This document shows positions 59,026 through 64,000 of a stretch of 64,000 nucleotides of DNA, piece after piece. Under the pieces are notes generated by a model, which saw nothing but the letters and a program-made list of their open reading frames with translations, was not told the origin of the DNA and did no database searches. Position numbers and translations under genes: made by a program. Source of the stretch: Candidatus Magasanikbacteria bacterium RIFOXYC2_FULL_42_28 (lineage in GTDB: Bacteria > Patescibacteriota > Patescibacteriia > Magasanikbacterales > GWA2-37-8); contig MFQZ01000001.1 of the NCBI GenBank assembly GCA_001784435.1, positions 82,340 to 146,339 of the forward strand. The letters run 5' to 3'. Numbering within the stretch: position 1 is the first letter of the stretch; the number at the start of each line of letters is the position of its first letter.

Positions 59026-62000
59026 TTAGTTATTGGTCTTTGATACCTTGACGCCATCAACATTCTCAAGTGAGAGGAACAATGCGCTAAACGGATTAGA
59101 GCTGTCGCCGTCCTTCCAGTCAATGTTGTTATTGACATCGTCTTCGGTAGAGGTATCACCATCGGTATAAGTACCCTTGATATCATCAAGGTTAAACTGG
59201 AACCAATTGGTGAAGTTCGTGGTCGCGCTAACCCCGTTAACTGTCGCCTTAACCACATAATAAGCGATAGTGCCAGGATCAATCAAGTAATCGTTGGCTA
59301 ACACTCCGGATAAAGCAGTGGTTGAGGCCAAACCAGCGGAAGCACCGGTGCTGTTCAGGTTGGAAATATCCAAACTGCCAGCCGGGTCCGAACCGCCAAT
59401 CTTTTGAATGGTTACACCGCTCAAAGAAGTGCTGGCGAATTTGTCAACATCAAATCTAACACCAGTCAAGTTGAGTTTCAACGGGTTACCATTGTCCGGG
59501 TCGTTGTTAAGACCGACGCTGTCAACCGTGACAGCCAAGATGCCGGCGACATATTCACCGGTACCGGCTAACACCGGATCAACTTTGTAAGTGCAGTTGT
59601 TGCCAGCGGCATCACAGCCATAGCTGCTTAACAACTGAACATTGCTGATCTTAGTGCCGGAAACCACAAATTTCTTGGTGCTCGTGGTCATGTCAAGTTC
59701 GCCGGCCTCATCGTAAGTGTCATCGTTGTCTTCATCAAATACGATATCGCCGGCGGAAACTGTCGCATCATCGGAAATAACGTAAGTGAAGCCAGAGCGA
59801 ACGCCTTCGGCGGCCACAGAACTGGCAGTACTGGTGGTAACCTTGAACGAGAACACATCGTGGGTGCGGGCAGTGCCACCAGCCAAATCATTCATCGGGT
59901 TGGTATTCACATAGATATACCAATATTCCGTGCCTTGTTCTACGACTTCATTAATGTCATCGTAAAACACCACGCTACTCGCATCCATGGTCTGACAAGA
60001 AATCAAGTTAGCGGCTAAAACTACCTGCTCGCGATATAGACAGACAGAAGCGGCGCTTCTCTCTTCACCGGAATCAGTCGCGTTAGTCAATTTCAAATCC
60101 TTAACCTTAATATTCTCGTCATCGGCCTTTAATTTCAATTTACCGGCCCAGAAAGAAGTGCCGGCCAAGACAACGCTGTCTTTGTTGAAACCGGTGTCAG
60201 TGCTTCTCATCTGGAGGTAAAGCTTGCCTTTGTCCACCAAAGTAACTTGGCGTCCGCCGACAGTTAAGAAGTCATTGTCAGCGTCATCTAAATCATCAGT
60301 GCCTGCGGCAGATCCGGAACTGACAGTAGGACTGCTATTATCAGCGGCCTTGGAAGTGATGTAATCAAGCTTCAATTGATTAATCAAACCATTGGTATCA
60401 GTCAAGGTGCTGGCAACAGTACCTTTAACCACAAAAGTCGCTTTGTTAGTCGGACCATTATTCACGGTGAAGTCCAAACTGTCAAAAGACAGCGCGTCAC
60501 CGGAAGCAGATGTACTGGAAGTCATCTGGGAGTTGGTCAATATTTGCTGCGCGGCATAAGAGCCATCAGCATTTACCAAGTAAAAACCAACTTGTGTCCA
60601 ATGACCGGAAGCAAAGGCGACATTGGAGTTGAAATTCACATAAGACACCTTGATGTTAGAGGCCTGGGCTTCCAAAGTGCCTTTATACAAGATAACATCA
60701 GCATCGTTCACGGTAGCTGTGCCGCTATTCAAAGTAGCACCCTCAACTCTTAATGTCGGGGTCTTAACGGTAACGAGCATGCCGGTGAAACTGCCAATGG
60801 AGAAATTGCTGACAGTATCGCCTTCCGGAACTGTTTCCGCGACCACATTGGTTGTATTAACGGTGGCAGAAACCTTATAACTATCGCCGTTGCCGATTCC
60901 GTTCGGCAGATCACCGCGCATAGTAAAGGTGCGGGTTGTGCCGGCGGTCAAATAGATTTCATCGCTGAATGTCCAAGTTTCGTCATCGGCATCAGTATCG
61001 CCACCAGCGGTCATGGTACCAGAATAAGCGCCACCGGCCGCATCAACCAACTCAAAGCTGTCAACATCCAAAGTATCAGCCGCAGTAGCGTTACCTTCGG
61101 TTTCATCCACGGTCAAGATCAAACTGGTAATCTTGATATCAGTGGAACCAGCACCCAAAGAAAGCGTACCAAAGACGACATCAGTAACGTCATCAATGGT
61201 TTCCAAGGTGGTACCGGTATAAGCGACGTTCAGTTCAGCGCCACTAATAGTAATAATGGCACCTTCGGCCGCCGCATTATACTGATCATTATGAATCACC
61301 AAATTAGTGCCATAAGTAGAGCCCATCACCACTAAATCAGTGGTGTTTTCCAAAACAAATTCCAAAGTATTGGCATTACCTTTCACAATATCGCCAACTA
61401 CTTTAAAGACCTCGTTCTGACTCTTTTTAATGGTAACCGGGGTGTTAAGCACAAAAGCAACTTTGTCGCTTGCCATGCTTACCGGACCGGCCAATTTCGT
61501 AGCACCTTGATAAAGATAAAGATTGGCTACGTCAGTATCACTGGCATTGCTGGTAGCCGCTTTGTTCTTTAAGGTGATGCTATTAAACACGCCGTCTTCC
61601 GTGCTGGATACATTTAATTTGAATTCAGCCAAATTAACGGCATTGACACCAATTTTCTTAGTAGCGGCTGTGCCCATATTGGTGATACTTAAAGCACCAA
61701 CCGCCACGTCCACACCGGTCATTTCATTACCGTAAACAGCAGAAACAGCAGTGCCATTTACAGCCAAAATACCAAGTGAGTTATAGGTGCCAGCAGTATC
61801 CAATTTGGCTACTACGGTCAATTCCTTGTTAGTGCCATTGGTTACTTTCAAACCAGTCGGGATGTTATACACCAATGTTTCAGAGTTAGAATCCCAAGAG
61901 GTCATTGAGCTACCCAGTTTGGTCGCGCCGTCATATAAGGTGACAGAAGCGATATCGCCTTTCGCGCCCAAACCCTTGCGGCCGATTTTCACGGAAGAAA

Positions 62001-62925
62001 CCGTGTAATCGCCGTTAGTGGCTTTTAAGATAAATTTACCGAAGACAACATTGTCAATATTAATGACAACATTGCCACCGGCTGGGGTGTTAGCGGAAAT
62101 GCTAACTTCCAAATTGCCGTTTACTACGACCGGCGGAACAACCGGCGCACTTTCCACCGCCACACCATGATCAGTAAACATATCTTCCTGGGCGTTCAAA
62201 GCAGTGCCCATGGAATATGCGGCAGTGCTCGACAAAGCCAACACATTTTTGGTTTGAAATTTGTTCGCGGCGAAACCGGTGTCGGTTACTTCGCGTAATT
62301 TCATACCAGCGTCCACATAGTAGGTCTTACCACCATTGGACACAAGCATACCTTCGGTCGGAGTGGCTTCGGTCAATTCACCGGCAACTTTGTTGGAACC
62401 GGTGTTGTAATAACCCCAGTCCGCATCAGAAACAACTACCAATCTCTTGTATTGATTATAACCATTTTTGCTACTAAGCAAAGTGGCATAATCCGCGCCA
62501 TACAAGGCCTTGGCCGCGCCATCAGAAATTTGTTGTAATTTCTTGCCTGGCAACACGACATAATTAATGGACGGAGCGCTTACTTCGCGTACGATAAATG
62601 TGCCACTGCGAGGCAATACCGCGCCAGCTGGGTCCAAATCTGCCAAGCAGGCATCGGATACAGTAGTAAATGTATAAGCATTGTCAGCGGTCCAAGATTT
62701 GTATACATCACCGTGCGGGAAATAGGTGCGTGAGGTCAAATTGGTGCCTACAACCCAGATACCAGGGCCACCGGCCTTGATCATCTGACCAGCGGCTAAA
62801 GCCGGGCAATCAGCGGCTTGAGCGACAGACGGCACCAAGGCCGCGACGCCCAAAGACCACATGATGGTCGTAACGACAACGCTAACGGTAAAAGCTTTCT
62901 TAGTTAATTTTAATACGTTGTTCAT
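59026..62925 (-). CDS. Large secreted S-layer-like surface protein (~1299 aa)
   Basis: Signal peptide MNNVLKLTKKAFTVSVVVTTIMWSLGVAALVPSVAQAA; Thr/Ala/Asp/Val-rich repeated beta-sandwich units; strong terminator; ATG 62925 preferred over GTG 63075. Confidence 0.65.
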   Translation of the reverse strand: MNNVLKLTKKAFTVSVVVTTIMWSLGVAALVPSVAQAADCPALAAGQMIKAGGPGIWVVGTNLTSRTYFPHGDVYKSWTADNAYTFTTVSDACLADLDPAGAVLPRSGTFIVREVSAPSINYVVLPGKKLQQISDGAAKALYGADYATLLSSKNGYNQYKRLVVVSDADWGYYNTGSNKVAGELTEATPTEGMLVSNGGKTYYVDAGMKLREVTDTGFAANKFQTKNVLALSSTAAYSMGTALNAQEDMFTDHGVAVESAPVVPPVVVNGNLEVSISANTPAGGNVVINIDNVVFGKFILKATNGDYTVSSVKIGRKGLGAKGDIASVTLYDGATKLGSSMTSWDSNSETLVYNIPTGLKVTNGTNKELTVVAKLDTAGTYNSLGILAVNGTAVSAVYGNEMTGVDVAVGALSITNMGTAATKKIGVNAVNLAEFKLNVSSTEDGVFNSITLKNKAATSNASDTDVANLYLYQGATKLAGPVSMASDKVAFVLNTPVTIKKSQNEVFKVVGDIVKGNANTLEFVLENTTDLVVMGSTYGTNLVIHNDQYNAAAEGAIITISGAELNVAYTGTTLETIDDVTDVVFGTLSLGAGSTDIKITSLILTVDETEGNATAADTLDVDSFELVDAAGGAYSGTMTAGGDTDADDETWTFSDEIYLTAGTTRTFTMRGDLPNGIGNGDSYKVSATVNTTNVVAETVPEGDTVSNFSIGSFTGMLVTVKTPTLRVEGATLNSGTATVNDADVILYKGTLEAQASNIKVSYVNFNSNVAFASGHWTQVGFYLVNADGSYAAQQILTNSQMTSSTSASGDALSFDSLDFTVNNGPTNKATFVVKGTVASTLTDTNGLINQLKLDYITSKAADNSSPTVSSGSAAGTDDLDDADNDFLTVGGRQVTLVDKGKLYLQMRSTDTGFNKDSVVLAGTSFWAGKLKLKADDENIKVKDLKLTNATDSGEERSAASVCLYREQVVLAANLISCQTMDASSVVFYDDINEVVEQGTEYWYIYVNTNPMNDLAGGTARTHDVFSFKVTTSTASSVAAEGVRSGFTYVISDDATVSAGDIVFDEDNDDTYDEAGELDMTTSTKKFVVSGTKISNVQLLSSYGCDAAGNNCTYKVDPVLAGTGEYVAGILAVTVDSVGLNNDPDNGNPLKLNLTGVRFDVDKFASTSLSGVTIQKIGGSDPAGSLDISNLNSTGASAGLASTTALSGVLANDYLIDPGTIAYYVVKATVNGVSATTNFTNWFQFNLDDIKGTYTDGDTSTEDDVNNNIDWKDGDSSNPFSALFLSLENVDGVKVSKTNN

Positions 62926-62938
62926 AATATAATTAAGT

Positions 62939-63192
62939 ATTCCATAAATTTTGCGCGCGCTCCGAAAGGAACTCGTCAAAATATTATGGAAGTGAGGCGA
63001 CCACGCGAACCCCCGACAGAGATCCCGATTTACATCGGGATGACAGTTGGGTGTCCGGAATGGGCAACCTCGCACAAAGATCCGTGCGAGCTCTTATGAG
63101 CCCTCGACTTTTGCAAAGATCGTGATAAACAATGTTTCTCTCTCCCCGAGTATGACAGTGATAAATTAATATTATCTGATGTCATACTTGGG
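62939..63192 (-). promoter_or_regulatory. Highly structured leader of the S-layer-like gene
   Basis: Consecutive stem-loops at about 62939-62991, 62994-63071, 63069-63090 and 63145-63192. Confidence 0.5.
63018..63045. repeat. REP-like element (GATCC..GGATGACA family), non-coding copy
   Basis: AGAGATCCCGATTTACATCGGGATGACA. Confidence 0.65.
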
Positions 63193-63213
63193 AAAAAAAT
63201 AACAGATTTATTC

Positions 63214-63459
63214 AATGTCAAATTTCCAATTTCCAATGTCAAATCAAATCTAAATTTCAAATTTCTTAATGTCAAATGCTATTGACTGTTTAATTAACTA
63301 CTAAATATTTTTGAAAAGATCAAGGTTAATTCGTGAGCTTCTTTGTATAATATTCTACATTGTAATATAAACTGTGGCTCTGATACAACCAATACTCTTA
63401 ACCAATTGTCATTTTGATTTTGACATTGATTTAACATTGGAAATTGGAAATTTGACATT
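63214..63459. mobile_element. Collapsed four-helix-bundle (IVS-protein type) cassette with 34-bp inverted repeats
   Basis: Arms at 63214-63247 and 63426-63459 (33/34 complementary), built of heptamers such as AATGTCA and ATTTCCA. Confidence 0.6.
63294..63437 (-). pseudogene. C-terminal remnant of a four-helix bundle protein
   Basis: 47-aa frame ..NWLRVLVVSEPQFILQCRILYKEAHELTLIFSKIFSS*. Confidence 0.55.
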
Positions 63460-63469
63460 TCACCTCTTA

Positions 63470-64000
63470 TCACTTCTTATTCACTGTCGTCGTTACTATT
63501 ACTTGTACTTGTACTTTTGGCGTCGCCGTCGCGGTGCTCGTAGAAACAATCACTTGGATTGGTGTCGTGGAAGCAGTCGCCAAAATCGGCGCTACTTCTT
63601 TGACCACACTGGCCACCGGCAAAACCGTTTGCACTTTAGCCATTGCCTCATCATTTATCTTTTCCACGGCGCTGGCCGCCACGGTCGCTTCTTTTATTTT
63701 ATCCACCGCGCCGGAAAATTCGCCTTTGGCCAATAAATCTTGACCCTCGGTAATTTTTTGATCAGTAACCACTTTGGCTTCATCAGATTTTACCACCGCT
63801 TCTTTGGTAGTATCAGCCATTGCCGAAATTTTATCGGATAATTCTTTGGTGCTGGTATTGACGGCCGGCGCTTTGGTCGCTTCTTTAGCTTCTACCTTGG
63901 CCGCGTCCACAACCGCTTGGGTCGCGTCAATCGTTAATTTAGTGGCGTCGGATTCGGTAGCCATAGTCGCGAGCGTCGTGCTGATTTCTTGTTTCAACTC
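63470..64000 (-). CDS. C-terminal part of an Ala/Thr/Lys-rich helical protein (5' end outside the window)
   Basis: Frame is open to the window edge; low-complexity helical and STST segments. Confidence 0.6.
   Translation of the reverse strand, partial: ELKQEISTTLATMATESDATKLTIDATQAVVDAAKVEAKEATKAPAVNTSTKELSDKISAMADTTKEAVVKSDEAKVVTDQKITEGQDLLAKGEFSGAVDKIKEATVAASAVEKINDEAMAKVQTVLPVASVVKEVAPILATASTTPIQVIVSTSTATATPKVQVQVIVTTTVNKK

Noticed and set aside
62926-63075. 50-codon N-terminal extension of the S-layer-like ORF from GTG 63075
   Set aside because: It runs through a hairpin-rich leader and a REP-like element; a clean signal peptide starts at ATG 62925
62939-63192. tRNA, tmRNA or known riboswitch
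   Set aside because: No cloverleaf/T-loop or recognisable aptamer consensus; kept only as an unassigned structured leader
63214-63459. Diversity-generating retroelement (Avd-like helix bundle)
   Set aside because: No reverse transcriptase or template/variable repeat pair with adenine-specific differences was seen; the duplication at 56863/57118 is an ordinary domain repeat
542-63743. All plus-strand ORFs and short nested minus-strand ORFs in the track
   Set aside because: They are shadows of well-supported genes with no recognisable motifs; those at 51530, 58595, 63030 and 63374 mostly translate repeats

Overview
AT-rich bacterial DNA (genetic code 11) in which every credible gene is on the minus strand. 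Gene content, tight AT-rich spacers without Shine-Dalgarno motifs, and the short repeat types suggest a Candidate Phyla Radiation (Patescibacteria/Parcubacteria-like) genome; this taxonomy is inferred. In transcription order (right to left): a partial Ala/Thr-rich protein; a collapsed four-helix-bundle cassette inside 34-bp inverted repeats; a ~1300-aa S-layer-like protein with a long structured leader; an FN3-like/peptidoglycan-binding surface protein; a coiled-coil protein; a membrane protein paired with a 1206-aa secreted Zn-phospholipase C-like/lamin-tail/beta-helix protein; a ~48 kb surface-glycan locus; and a four-gene AbiE toxin-antitoxin plus SleB-like cell-wall hydrolase operon. The glycan locus holds an O-antigen-ligase/O-OTase, gmd, fcl, an HTH regulator, wzm/wzt, GDP-heptose, rhamnose, xylose, amino-sugar, 3-deoxy and branched-sugar enzymes, and GT2/GT4/GT10/GT11/GT-C transferases. 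Strongest unusual signals: a G10 tract frameshifting a glycan methyltransferase (phase-variation candidate); three direct repeats at 10-bp spacing over the promoter of the HTH gene that heads the ~44 kb operon; a DnaA-box 12-mer beside five promoters; REP-like palindromes translated in frame inside proteins; a 15-bp tandem repeat copying a gene's last four codons plus stop; and a promoter-GGAGG-terminator unit with no ORF. No rRNA, tRNA, CRISPR array, integrase or transposase was recognised. All calls come from motif reading, not database searches.
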